The translations under genes and the position numbers were made by a program. A stretch of DNA of 64,000 nucleotides. It comes from Armatimonadota bacterium (GTDB lineage Bacteria; Armatimonadota; HRBIN16). The stretch spans positions 3,072,001 to 3,136,000 of the forward strand of contig OY781964.1 in NCBI GenBank assembly GCA_963677485.1. Direction: 5' to 3'. The notes below the pieces were generated by a model, which searched no databases, was not told the DNA's origin, and saw only the letters and a list, made by a program, of their open reading frames with translations. Numbering within the stretch: the stretch's first letter is position 1; the number at the start of each line of letters is the position of its first letter. Shown here in pieces: positions 52,446 through 62,440 of this stretch.

Positions 52446-53378
52446 CTATTCCTGGCGTTTGTCGCGAATATCACTCCATCGGTAGAGGGTTGACCAGTAT
52501 TTGTCGAATAGATATTCGATGGTGAGAGATGCTAACACAGGCTGCAGGAAATCACTCACCCCTCGTACGACGATGCGAAAGTCCGTTGGAATATACTCTA
52601 GACCCAGGCGCTTTCGAAAGGCAGTCCAGAGAGGCTGTTTATCTACAGCAAACACCTCTGTGAATGCTACAACTGAGACAGGTAGTGCCACATCCCGATT
52701 GAAGATCGTGCGCTTTATCGCTTCTGAAAGCATCAAACCGTCAAATTCGTGCTGGCGCGAGAGTTGCCAAACATCGTAGAAGTCCTTCATGCGGCTGTTC
52801 ATTTCGCCATGTTTGATCATCGCATCTAGCTTCTCAGCGATGGCACTCTCAAGGCTATAACACAGCAACACAGGAGCGGGCTGATTTAGGATCACAGGCA
52901 AGGTCTGAAACTGCGGGTTAGGATATACTGAATCTCCGAAGCCGATATCAATCTGAACGATGATACTGGCAGTGTCGAGTTTGCATTCTACACGTACACG
53001 ATGGCCGCTATACCTCGATTCTTCGGTTATAGGCTCCAGTTGAATAGAGCTGGGGTCGAACAACAATCCGTCAGACTCAACTTCGTCTTGGATGATTTCT
53101 TGTATTTGGGTTCTGACATCATGTTCAGCATTGGTGGTCACACATAACATGTCGATGTCCATTGTCGTACGGGCATCTGGTGACTGCCAAATTCGGAGCA
53201 GAAGTGCGCCTTTCAGGATAAACGCATGAGCGTGTTTCGATACAGAAAGCCGATATAGATATCGCTCCATGGCATAATTCTGCAAAACCTCAGCAAACGG
53301 CTTGTTGGTTTGTCTGGCCTTGTTGAGTAGTCGCTGATGTATGGAGGCACCCAGGTTCTTGGGTCGTGGATTAGTCAC
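52446..53378 (-). CDS. AbiEii family nucleotidyltransferase toxin
   Basis: YAMERYLYRL, FILKGALL, RTTMDID, IDIGFGD, AEKL..NSRMKDFYD; GTG overlaps antitoxin TGA. Confidence 0.9.
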   Translation of the reverse strand: MTNPRPKNLGASIHQRLLNKARQTNKPFAEVLQNYAMERYLYRLSVSKHAHAFILKGALLLRIWQSPDARTTMDIDMLCVTTNAEHDVRTQIQEIIQDEVESDGLLFDPSSIQLEPITEESRYSGHRVRVECKLDTASIIVQIDIGFGDSVYPNPQFQTLPVILNQPAPVLLCYSLESAIAEKLDAMIKHGEMNSRMKDFYDVWQLSRQHEFDGLMLSEAIKRTIFNRDVALPVSVVAFTEVFAVDKQPLWTAFRKRLGLEYIPTDFRIVVRGVSDFLQPVLASLTIEYLFDKYWSTLYRWSDIRDKRQE

Positions 53379-53995
53379 AGTATCATCTCGATATAAGGCG
53401 TCATCACATTTTCCACTCGGCATATTCGTGCGAATTTCATTAGCTCATTGACCTTTAGTGGTTTCCGTATTCGATACAGCTTCATCGCCTCAATCACCAC
53501 ATCCATACCGACCTGGTTTCGCATTTTAAAGCAATCGGCCAGTGTTTTTTCGACGCTGTATATACGCAGTTTGCGCCCATCAAGGGTTCCCTCTTCGATG
53601 CCTGCGGTCAGGCTTTGCCCTGAAAAGCGGTGTATTGCCAGAGGAGGGTAATCGATTCGTGGCGTTTCTTTTCCTCTTGCCACCGCGATTGAGATCGCAT
53701 GCGGGATCTGTGTAGTGATCTGGTGATGAGCCAGGGCTGAGATCAAGCATATCACCGCATCCGGTATTCGTGCCGCTACTATCAGCATATCTGTGTCTGA
53801 CGGTTGATCAAGATTCGACAGTCGATATACACCACGTGATATCTGGGTGAGTTCCCCGCTGTCGCGTAGCGCATACAGCGTACGCGGCTGTATGCCAGCA
53901 TTCAATGCCTGAACAGTCTTGATGAGACCGCTGTTTCCTGCAATGAATATCCTGGCCTTATCGACCGCTGATAGCCTGGCATCTGGCAATGACAT
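53375..53995 (-). CDS. AbiEi family antitoxin / transcriptional regulator
   Basis: ISRGVYRL wHTH, CLISALAHH.ITTQIP, YSVEKTLADCFK.RN. Confidence 0.9.
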   Translation of the reverse strand: MSLPDARLSAVDKARIFIAGNSGLIKTVQALNAGIQPRTLYALRDSGELTQISRGVYRLSNLDQPSDTDMLIVAARIPDAVICLISALAHHQITTQIPHAISIAVARGKETPRIDYPPLAIHRFSGQSLTAGIEEGTLDGRKLRIYSVEKTLADCFKMRNQVGMDVVIEAMKLYRIRKPLKVNELMKFARICRVENVMTPYIEMIL

Positions 53996-54007
53996 AATAT
54001 CACCTAC

Positions 54008-54056
54008 ACTTATAGTTATCTGTAAGTATTATTGCTTATTTGTGGTTATAAGTCAA
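54008..54056 (-). promoter_or_regulatory. AbiE promoter with two palindromic operator-like sites
   Basis: TTGACT-17 nt-AATAAT overlapped by RCTTA-N10-TAAGT at 54008-54027 and 54034-54053. Confidence 0.6.
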
Positions 54057-54113
54057 CTCAGTGGTTGCCGGATCATCGAATGGTAACACCAACAGCCAAC
54101 ATTGCACGATGCC

Positions 54114-55037
54114 TCATCTCACCCATCGGATGGGACGGCCTGTGGGGGGTATCGGCAGACGGTAGCTGCGGCCAGACTTGATATCGTAATACAGCGTCGC
54201 ATTCCTGAAGCGGCTGTCGCGGTAATAGAGGAAACCCTCACTATCTGGCGACCAGCTTTGGAGGCATCGATTTGTTTTGAGACGAATGGTTCTGTGATCC
54301 TCTGTATTTTTCAGGTACGGATCCGTATTTTCGTATCCTATATAACGCCATCGGCCATCAGGGGAGGTGGTTCCTTCGTCACTGAAGACCATATCGAGTT
54401 TATCAGTTTGGTGATCACGGTGTGGTAATGTTTTCCTCCTTAGCTTCATGTCATACAGCACTTGCTGGAAATAATCGTTCATCCATAAGAACCAGCGTCC
54501 GGTATGATCCCACATAACTCCACCTGAGCAGCATGTGATGCTAGATATGGCAAATGTGGTTCGCCTGACCAGATCACATAACACGGTCGTAGGCGGTCCA
54601 TTTGTCTTGCTATACTGTACGACACAACAGTTCCCATGAGGTGTCAGCGACAGACTGTCTACCGTGCCAGGTATGCTCATGGTGCTCACGCTGCCTGGCG
54701 TTTCGACTAATTGCCCGTTTCGGATTTGGTACCTTCGGATGAGACTTTTTGATTTCGAAACGGGAACAACAGCCACAAACCGTGTGTTGTCTTGGCTGAC
54801 ATCCCATAAATCCATGTTTCGATGGTGACTAGTTTTGGTGATGAATACGGTTGAGGTGCGCTTCGCCAGGTCATAGCACCTGATGCCTTGTGTTTTGGCA
54901 TCTACTGATTCCTGGACATAGAAATGCCCCGACAGCCCTTTGGTGACCGGAAGGAAGAGGTCACCATAGACGGTCGAAATGATGACCGAAACTAATGCTA
55001 TAAAGCAGATGACGAGCAGGCTCGATAACCTAATCAC
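54114..55037 (-). CDS. Hypothetical protein, TolB-like beta-propeller fragments
   Basis: N-terminal TM; SPDGRW, WSPDS motifs; GTG at 55037 after GGAGG. Confidence 0.65.
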   Translation of the reverse strand: MIRLSSLLVICFIALVSVIISTVYGDLFLPVTKGLSGHFYVQESVDAKTQGIRCYDLAKRTSTVFITKTSHHRNMDLWDVSQDNTRFVAVVPVSKSKSLIRRYQIRNGQLVETPGSVSTMSIPGTVDSLSLTPHGNCCVVQYSKTNGPPTTVLCDLVRRTTFAISSITCCSGGVMWDHTGRWFLWMNDYFQQVLYDMKLRRKTLPHRDHQTDKLDMVFSDEGTTSPDGRWRYIGYENTDPYLKNTEDHRTIRLKTNRCLQSWSPDSEGFLYYRDSRFRNATLYYDIKSGRSYRLPIPPTGRPIRWVR

Positions 55038-55266
55038 ATTTCCTCCGTCAGCGGCGTGCGATGGGAAATCACACGGCTTAATGACATCATATGCGTTCGT
55101 GGTAACGAAAGTCAATGAGTCGTAGCAGCAGTTGCCTTGTTGCTTAGTGCTGAAGGATGCCTTGCTGCAGTAAAGCAGGATCTCTTGACTTAGGAAAAAC
55201 GAAAGAGTATGCTGTTGACAAGACATAAAATCTGGTCTTCGGTCCTACACGACGCGAGCTAAGGAT

Positions 55267-56990
55267 GTGTATTTCATGATGGTTCACTTTTTACCTGCCA
55301 AATGTGTTGGTGTGGTGGTCATCGCCGCTCTGGTTCTACTGTCTACTGGGTGTTCTGCAGCCAGCCCCAGGTTGTCCAAGCAGGATCAAGCCAAAGCTAT
55401 CTCTGTATGCAAACAGTTCTTGGGGGCACTTCGCCAAGACCAAAAACCGACCATCGTGTCCCTACTAGACAAGCGTTCGAATATACTACATCGCATAAAG
55501 AAGATTGAGAATACATACCCAGCGATCGAACATGTCAGGGTGCAACTGGGTTTGGCTAACCAACCGGTACCGATATCGAGTAAGTCCCTCACGTTAAGCA
55601 CCAAATGCCCGCAGAATGTGGTTGATGAATGTATTGACAGGGCGTTTTTCTGGAATGATACGCAAATGAAAAAATCATGGTTGCCGGTGCTGGTCGAGTA
55701 TGCTTACCGCAAGGACCAACCGCCCGCAGTGATTACGATGGTGAAGACGGACGGTAAATGGCGTATTGCCGATTTGCCTGAATGGAACACCAAAATATAC
55801 AAGGTTCAAAGCTTATATGATGTAATTCTAGCAAACCGGACGACTTTGATGAGTTATCAACTAGACAGCCAGCTCATACAGGCCTCTTCAGGCGATGAAC
55901 TGCCTAAAACAGCCATACCCAAGCAGGAACAGACCAGGATCATCGCGGTATGCACAAAGTATCTGGAAGCACTCCGAAAGGGCGACAAGGCGACGCTAGT
56001 ATCGTTGATAGCACCGGCAACTGAGTACGATCAGCAGATACAAGGGGATACGGTTCATCTTGACGCACAAAATCGGGTTCAGCATTTTCCAACGAAATAC
56101 TGCCGGGAAATGGTGAATTCCCAAACATCGATACTTGTAGAGCAAGGCTGGGGCTGAACTCGCAGAATTCGCCGATACCATCATCATCATTGGCTTTCAG
56201 TATCGGATGTCCGTGGACAGTGACCAAAGATGTGATCAACACATCGTATGCCAGTCAGATAGCACCGCCTAAACTGATCAGTCCATCGACGGTGGCGATG
56301 GTTGAGTTCCGGTATCTTAAGAACCATAACCCTGTAGTGGTGCCGATGGTCAAAGTGGGTAATCGATGGTTAGTCGCATGCGTGCCGATCTATAACACAA
56401 AAATCTACAAACTGAAGAGTTTCTATGATCTGGCTGACATGTTCAAAAACAACGTTAGTGAATTCTTGAGCTACACTTTCGATTGTGTGGATGCTGAACC
56501 GACAGGATATGTTTTTTCAACGCAGGAACAGGCCGAAATCACCTCTGCGTGCCAGCAGTTCATGGAAGCACTCCGCTTAGGGCAGAAACAACAATTGGTA
56601 TCTCTTACTGATGGCGATACGGCCTATGGTCGTATAATACGGAGTGAGGGTAAGCGATACGATTCACTCATCAGTTCATGGGTGCAAACGCTGGGTTTGT
56701 CAACGTCAGAATCCCCAGCGAAGGACCGAATTCTTACGATCAGCACTAAATGTCCCTGGAGCATGATGAAAGATATCATCAGTACGCAGTTTGCTGGGGC
56801 CATGCCCACAGGGGTTATCGGCATCTCAACGATCACACTTGTAGAATTGAGTCGTCGTCAGGATAGAAACCCACTGCTCATTCCTGTGGCCAAAGTCAAC
56901 GGAAAATGGTTAGTGATGGGTATGCCGGACCTTGACGTCAGTGCTTACAAGTATAAGCGGTTAAACGACTATTGGACATCGGGCAGGTAG
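55267..56990 (+). pseudogene. Three-repeat secreted/lipoprotein-like protein split by a frameshift at ~56064-56110
   Basis: Three homologous ~190-aa units; the second is shared between ORFs 55267-56157 and 56190-56990. Confidence 0.7.
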
Positions 56991-57048
56991 ATCACGACAT
57001 ATCGCTATTGTAGCTCTTCTGGCTGTTACCGCGATGTGAGTCTCATAA

Positions 57049-58251
57049 CTACCCCGGCTTGTAATACTCCGCCAGGGCGAGGGCCTGCACCAGCTTCACC
57101 GGCACGCCATGGCTGGCGGCGGCGGACTTGCAATCCTCATACTCTGGCTGTACGTTGACCACTTCACCGGCTTTCCTGGCCAGCTTCAGCCGGACCGCGC
57201 CATATTTCGTCTCAACGGTCACGATCTCCCGCTGCAGGCAGAGGCGTTCGCGCTGGTCAATCCGTATTCCGAGGGTGGAGGTCTCAGCAAAGATGATCTC
57301 GCTCAGCTTGTCGATATCCGATGGCGCGCAGATCACACTGAGCAGTGTGGCCGGTCGGCTCTTCTTCATCTGAATGGGTGTCATGTAGACGTCCAGCGCC
57401 CCGGCGGCGAACAGCCGCTCCATGACCACTTCATACACCTGCGGGTTGAGGTCATCGATGTTGGCCTCCAGCACGGTGATTTCATGCTGCTGCGTCGTCT
57501 CTACGAGCTCGCCGATCAGCACGCGCAGCACGTTGGGGATGCCAAAATCCTTCTTGCCCGCGCCGTATCCGGTGGAGGTCACTGACATAGGGGGCATGGC
57601 CCCAAACTTTTTGGTCAGCGTGGCTATGATCGCCGCGCCGGTGGGGGTGACAATCTCGCCCTCGATGCCTAGCTCACGCCAGGGGATGCCTTGAAGCACC
57701 TCCATGGTCGCCGGAGCGGGCAGGGGAAACTGACCGTGCGCCATCTTCGCCATGCCATGAAAGGTCGGCACCGCACTGGCATAAACTTGCTCGATACCGA
57801 GCAGCTCAAGGCAGATGCAGGCGCCTACGGTGTCCACGATCGAGTCCACCGCACCTACCTCGTGGAAGTGGATCTCCTCGATATCAACACCATGGATTTT
57901 TGCTTCAGCCATACCCAGCTTGGTAAAAATCGCCACGGCGTTGGCCTTCACACGCTCTGACAGGCTGCTCTCCTCGATCATCCGCTTGATCTCAGTAAAG
58001 CCGCGGCCGTGATGATGGTGGTGGTGATCATCATGCTCATGGTCGTGATGATGCTGGTGGACATCCACCGTGATATCACTGGCGGATATGCCGCGCTTGA
58101 CCACGCGATCGACGCTCAACTCATACTCATCTAGACCGAGTTTCGCCAGTTCGCTTTTCAACGCCTCAAAGTCGGCACCCGCATCCACCAGCGCACCCAG
58201 CGTCATGTCGCCGCTGATGCCGGCGAAGCAGTCAAAATAGGCTATCTTCAT
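57049..58251 (-). CDS. larC: Nickel-pincer cofactor nickel insertase LarC
   Basis: YFDCFAGISGDM.LGAL, His-rich tract, HFHEVGAVDSI.D, PAPAT, TPTGA, MKKSRP, PEYEDC. Confidence 0.96.
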   Translation of the reverse strand: MKIAYFDCFAGISGDMTLGALVDAGADFEALKSELAKLGLDEYELSVDRVVKRGISASDITVDVHQHHHDHEHDDHHHHHHGRGFTEIKRMIEESSLSERVKANAVAIFTKLGMAEAKIHGVDIEEIHFHEVGAVDSIVDTVGACICLELLGIEQVYASAVPTFHGMAKMAHGQFPLPAPATMEVLQGIPWRELGIEGEIVTPTGAAIIATLTKKFGAMPPMSVTSTGYGAGKKDFGIPNVLRVLIGELVETTQQHEITVLEANIDDLNPQVYEVVMERLFAAGALDVYMTPIQMKKSRPATLLSVICAPSDIDKLSEIIFAETSTLGIRIDQRERLCLQREIVTVETKYGAVRLKLARKAGEVVNVQPEYEDCKSAAASHGVPVKLVQALALAEYYKPG

Positions 58252-59006
58252 TGGTTGATCATGTGCGCCAGATAGCCCGCACCAAAGCCGTTATCTATGT
58301 TCACTACACTGACTCCTACTGCACAAGAATTGAGCATCGAAAGCAAGGCTGCTAACCCGCCGAAGTTGGCGCCGTAACCTACGCTGGTGGGCACGGCGAT
58401 CACCGGCCTGTTCACCAGTCCGCCAACCACGCTGGCGATCGCGCCCTCCATGCCGGCCACCGCCACGATGACGTTGGCTCCAAACAGCAGCTCCCTTTGG
58501 TCCAGCACCCGGTGCAAACCAGCTACGCCCACATCAAAGCACTTCTCTACCCTGCTGCCCAATGTGGCGGCGGTCACCGAGGCCTCTTCGGCGACTGGGA
58601 TGTCTGCGGTTCCTGCGCTGATGATCAGCACATACTTCTTTTCACCGGCGAGTTCTTCCTGGCTCTTTTCGGGTTTACCCACAGTGATGATCCGCGCCAT
58701 GTAATTGTATTCGGCCTCTGGCAGCTCCTGTTTCACCGCCTCGTATACCTCAACGGAGGCCCGAGTACCCAATACGCAGTGGCTATGACTGGACAGCCGC
58801 TTCAGTATCTGAACCACATGCTCGGTGGCCTTACCCTGGCAGAACACCACCTCGGGGAAGCCGTTGCGCAGATGACGATGGTTGTCCAGCTTGGCAAAAC
58901 CCATATCGTCATATGGCAGCGTGCGAAGCCGCTCCATGGCGTCGCCGATATTCACATTGCCAGACTGTACCGCTTCGAGCAGGCTTTTCAGGTTCTGCAT
59001 ATCCAT
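58248..59006 (-). CDS. larB: NaAD carboxylase/hydrolase LarB
   Basis: GFPEVVFCQGK, AGTADIPVAEEA, DVGVAGLHR, AGMEGA, PTSVGYGA, NIDNGFGA. Confidence 0.96.
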   Translation of the reverse strand: MDMQNLKSLLEAVQSGNVNIGDAMERLRTLPYDDMGFAKLDNHRHLRNGFPEVVFCQGKATEHVVQILKRLSSHSHCVLGTRASVEVYEAVKQELPEAEYNYMARIITVGKPEKSQEELAGEKKYVLIISAGTADIPVAEEASVTAATLGSRVEKCFDVGVAGLHRVLDQRELLFGANVIVAVAGMEGAIASVVGGLVNRPVIAVPTSVGYGANFGGLAALLSMLNSCAVGVSVVNIDNGFGAGYLAHMINQ

Positions 59007-59821
59007 TACTGTTTTGTGATCCCTTCGGGAAGTATCTCGTTCATACTGCCGGTGCGGTAGCCGGTCAGATCCAGTGCCACATAAGCATAGCCCAGTTGCT
59101 TCAGCCTTGCGACCACATTTTGACGCAGCTCCTCAGTCATGATCCGCTCCATCTCCTGCGGCATCAGCTCCACACGGGCCAGGTCGCCATGGTGGCGCAC
59201 CCGGAACTGGCTGAAGCCCAGCGACCTTAGGTAGATTTCGGCGTCATCCACCCGCTTCAGAATCTCGGGCGACAGGGCGGTGCCATACGGGATGCGCGAG
59301 GCAAGGCAGGCGTTCGAGGGTTTGTTCCATGTGGGTAAGCCCAGTTCCCTGGAGAGAACGCGGATGTCCTGCTTGCTCATGCCAAGCTCTTTCAGAGGGC
59401 TGCGAACCGCCAGCTCCTTCGTAGCGCGGGTGCCGGGTCTGTAGTCCGAGGCATCGCTTGCGTTGGAGCCATCCAGCACGCAGCTTAGGCCGCGCTCGCG
59501 TGCGATCTCCACCAGCTTCGAAAACACCGCTTTTTTGCAGTAATAGCAGCGGTCGGGGTCATTGTCCGGCACTTTGTCAACGGACATCACATCGGCCTGG
59601 ATGCGGGTCAGGTGGAACCCGAAATCCTTCGCGAGCTTGACCGCGTTCGCAATGTCCTCGGCCGGGATCAACACCGATTCGATGAACACGCAAACGGCCT
59701 TCTCACCAAGCACATCGGTGGCCACCTTTGCCAGCAGCGTGCTGTCGACCCCGCCTGAGTAGCCGATCACCACACCGCCCATTTGCTTGAGCAGAGCAGA
59801 TAGTCCGTCGTAATATGTCAA
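59006..59821 (-). CDS. larE: ATP-dependent sulfur transferase LarE
   Basis: SGGVDS PP-loop, RCYYCK, DYRPG, ACLASRIPYG, GYRTGSMN; TTG start. Confidence 0.95.
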   Translation of the reverse strand: MTYYDGLSALLKQMGGVVIGYSGGVDSTLLAKVATDVLGEKAVCVFIESVLIPAEDIANAVKLAKDFGFHLTRIQADVMSVDKVPDNDPDRCYYCKKAVFSKLVEIARERGLSCVLDGSNASDASDYRPGTRATKELAVRSPLKELGMSKQDIRVLSRELGLPTWNKPSNACLASRIPYGTALSPEILKRVDDAEIYLRSLGFSQFRVRHHGDLARVELMPQEMERIMTEELRQNVVARLKQLGYAYVALDLTGYRTGSMNEILPEGITKQ

Positions 59822-59988
59822 CAGGTGCCTCTTTCCAGCAGACCAATTTCGCGGTCGTCTATTTTGATGTCATCATCTTGATGTTAGCATCACATCACAC
59901 CCTTCGTCAACGTGGAGTTTCAGGCAACCATCATACAATAGTAAACACATGTTGCCTGGCTAAGGCGATACGATAGTTATATCCATGC

Positions 59989-61269
59989 TTATTCCGCCAG
60001 GGGGAGTTCCACCGTTTGGATGGGTTGAGTGATCTCACCATCATCTTCCGGAATCGGTGCCCCCCATCGTAAAGCGGCGACACCACCAGAGACAAACAGC
60101 ACAAACGACAGCCACACCAGAACCCACAGCGGCACATACTGGTACGCCCACGAGGCGATGATGGGCACCAGAACTCCGCGCACCCCGATCACGGTGTATT
60201 GCACGGAATGATATCGCATTGCACTGGCCTCACCCGCCATGGCGTTGACCAGCAAGGCGTGGGCGCAGAGCTGCAGGCCAATGCCCATGTTATTCAAGGC
60301 GACACCGATGAGCACTGGGATGAACGCCATACTCCGTCCCCCCGGGATCATCAGCATAATACCGCTGGCGAACATCGCCATGCCTTGAAGGATCCAGGGC
60401 AGCCCCATATGCCGGGCAGAGGCGGTGACCCGCCCATACCGCGTAAACCAGGCAGAGGTGAACACTTGCACCACCAGCCCGGTGGCGATGATCACGCCGA
60501 TCTGACTGTTGCTGAAGGCGAATGCGTTCTTGTCGGCCATCAACACGGGCATACAGAAACCGCCGATGCAGTTGCCGATCCCATAGATGGTGATCGAACG
60601 CAAAAACACTTGGAACTCTTTGTTTTGTTTGGGAGGATTGACCTCTCCCTTTTCTTTGACGGGCAGGATCTCGGTTTCTTGTGCGTGCCGGAACGGCCAC
60701 CAGACCACCACCGAACCCAATCCCAGTAACCCCAGCGATCCCAGCAACACGATGCCTTGCTGAAGACTCAGGATATCCAGCAGTCTGCCTACGATGACCA
60801 TGATCAATGCCCCGGCGAACACCTTGACCATATAGATCGTGCTCATCAAGGCCACATGGTGCTTTCTGGGGTAGATCACACGGAAGATTGCGGGATATAG
60901 TGTGTCGGAGAGCGGGGCAAAGAACAGACTAAAAAGTGCCGTCACGACCAGCACATCACGGGTAGGGAAGAGAGCGGCGATTAGCACACTGGTGCTAGCC
61001 AATAGTCGAAGTCCGATCAGCAATTTGCCGAGTGCGATATAACGAGACAGCAACCGGGGTATCCACGCCACAGAGAACGGGAAAAAGCCCATGGCCACGA
61101 ACAGACCGACGAGGATGGCCGGAGCGCCCATACGCTTGGCATGAACCACAGCGAAGCTGAAAATACCGCTGACCATTGCCTGCCATAACAAAGCAGACAA
61201 CATGTCCCTTTTGAATACCCTGCGAACAGCAGGGCTCAGATACATCAGCATTTGCCAGTCATCCCCCAT
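59989..61269 (-). CDS. MFS-like transporter
   Basis: About 12 hydrophobic segments, 426 aa. Confidence 0.75.
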   Translation of the reverse strand: MGDDWQMLMYLSPAVRRVFKRDMLSALLWQAMVSGIFSFAVVHAKRMGAPAILVGLFVAMGFFPFSVAWIPRLLSRYIALGKLLIGLRLLASTSVLIAALFPTRDVLVVTALFSLFFAPLSDTLYPAIFRVIYPRKHHVALMSTIYMVKVFAGALIMVIVGRLLDILSLQQGIVLLGSLGLLGLGSVVVWWPFRHAQETEILPVKEKGEVNPPKQNKEFQVFLRSITIYGIGNCIGGFCMPVLMADKNAFAFSNSQIGVIIATGLVVQVFTSAWFTRYGRVTASARHMGLPWILQGMAMFASGIMLMIPGGRSMAFIPVLIGVALNNMGIGLQLCAHALLVNAMAGEASAMRYHSVQYTVIGVRGVLVPIIASWAYQYVPLWVLVWLSFVLFVSGGVAALRWGAPIPEDDGEITQPIQTVELPLAE

Positions 61270-61390
61270 CGGTATTGTATCTGAGGGGTTGGCGATTAGT
61301 GACTTGGTTGGCTACGTTTGGTGGGCAGGCGGTACGCTGACGTTCGCCAGTGGCTACTGACCGCGCGAATATTGTAGGTGGCTTGGTTGG

Positions 61391-61554
61391 CTATGTCCGG
61401 GGCGGTCTGTCAGTACGCCTGCGGAGGCCACTGTTTATAGACCGCGCCGGTCTTGTTCTTGACACATATCTTTCTTGGCTATCCGCCAGACCGGCGCGGT
61501 CTTGAGCCTTCTGCATCCGCTAGCCTACGCACAGACCGCCCCGGACATAGGCAA
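61391..61554. repeat. Inverted doublet of the family-A half-unit
   Basis: ctatgtccggggcggtct..atagaccgcgccggtct and its inverse, matching the 4722-5444 array unit. Confidence 0.8.
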
Positions 61555-61765
61555 CGGCTGGCTGCAATAAGGCGAACAGTCAACTCGCGAATCACTCGGT
61601 CGCCTCAGCGTGACGCGTCCGTTACACCATGGGCGGCCGTGCATGCACAGGTGGGTGCTTGCGTCCGAACCAAACAGGGAATGCTCACCGCAAGGCCGGC
61701 GCGGTCGATGACCCTTGCGTCATTGCACCATGATGCCTTTGCGTTAGGTGCCTTAGGCGTCGCCC

Positions 61766-62440
61766 TTATTCGTCGCGGTATGGCTTCCCGCCGAGGTTGC
61801 GTATCTGCTCTGCGATGCCCTGTTGCACGCGCTGTGCGAAGGCCTCCATCACGTCGCCTTCTCCCTCAAAATGCTCGCTGAACTGCTGAAAGCTGATGGG
61901 TTTACCATAGCTGATGACCACCGGACGGGGGTAGAGATGGTTGTCGCCGGGCATCAGCGCATCGCGTGTGCCAACGATACCGGCAGGTACCACGGGTGCC
62001 CCGCTCATCTTTGCGATCATGGAGATGCCCTTCTGAATCGGCAGCAGATAACCGTCAGCACTGCGGGTGCCCTCGGAAAACAGGCATAGAATGTGGCCAC
62101 GGGTCAGCATCTCCACCGCATTCCGTATGGCTCGGCGGTCACCGCTATTCTGCTGCACGGGCATACACCCCGCCCGCCAGATGAAGTAGTTCACCACGGG
62201 CACCTCAAACAACTCAGCCTTGCCCAGGTAGGTCACGATCCTGTCGACCATACTGGCCGAAACAACCGGAGGGTCGATCATGCTGATGTGGTTAGGGGCC
62301 AGAATGCATGGGCCATTGGGCAGATTTTCCTTGCCCACCACTTTCATATGGTTCCACGGCCTCATCACAATCCAGAACAGGTGTCTTAGGAACCAGCTTC
62401 CAAGCGGAGTGACTCCGGGGGTGTTGTATTTAGGGTTCAT
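61766..62440 (-). CDS. plsC: 1-acyl-sn-glycerol-3-phosphate acyltransferase
   Basis: NHISMID, KAELF, FSEGTRS, VVP. Confidence 0.9.
   Translation of the reverse strand: MNPKYNTPGVTPLGSWFLRHLFWIVMRPWNHMKVVGKENLPNGPCILAPNHISMIDPPVVSASMVDRIVTYLGKAELFEVPVVNYFIWRAGCMPVQQNSGDRRAIRNAVEMLTRGHILCLFSEGTRSADGYLLPIQKGISMIAKMSGAPVVPAGIVGTRDALMPGDNHLYPRPVVISYGKPISFQQFSEHFEGEGDVMEAFAQRVQQGIAEQIRNLGGKPYRDE

Noticed and set aside
58010-58060. tga/tgg trinucleotide-like repeat
   Set aside because: Encodes the normal His-rich Ni-binding tract of LarC
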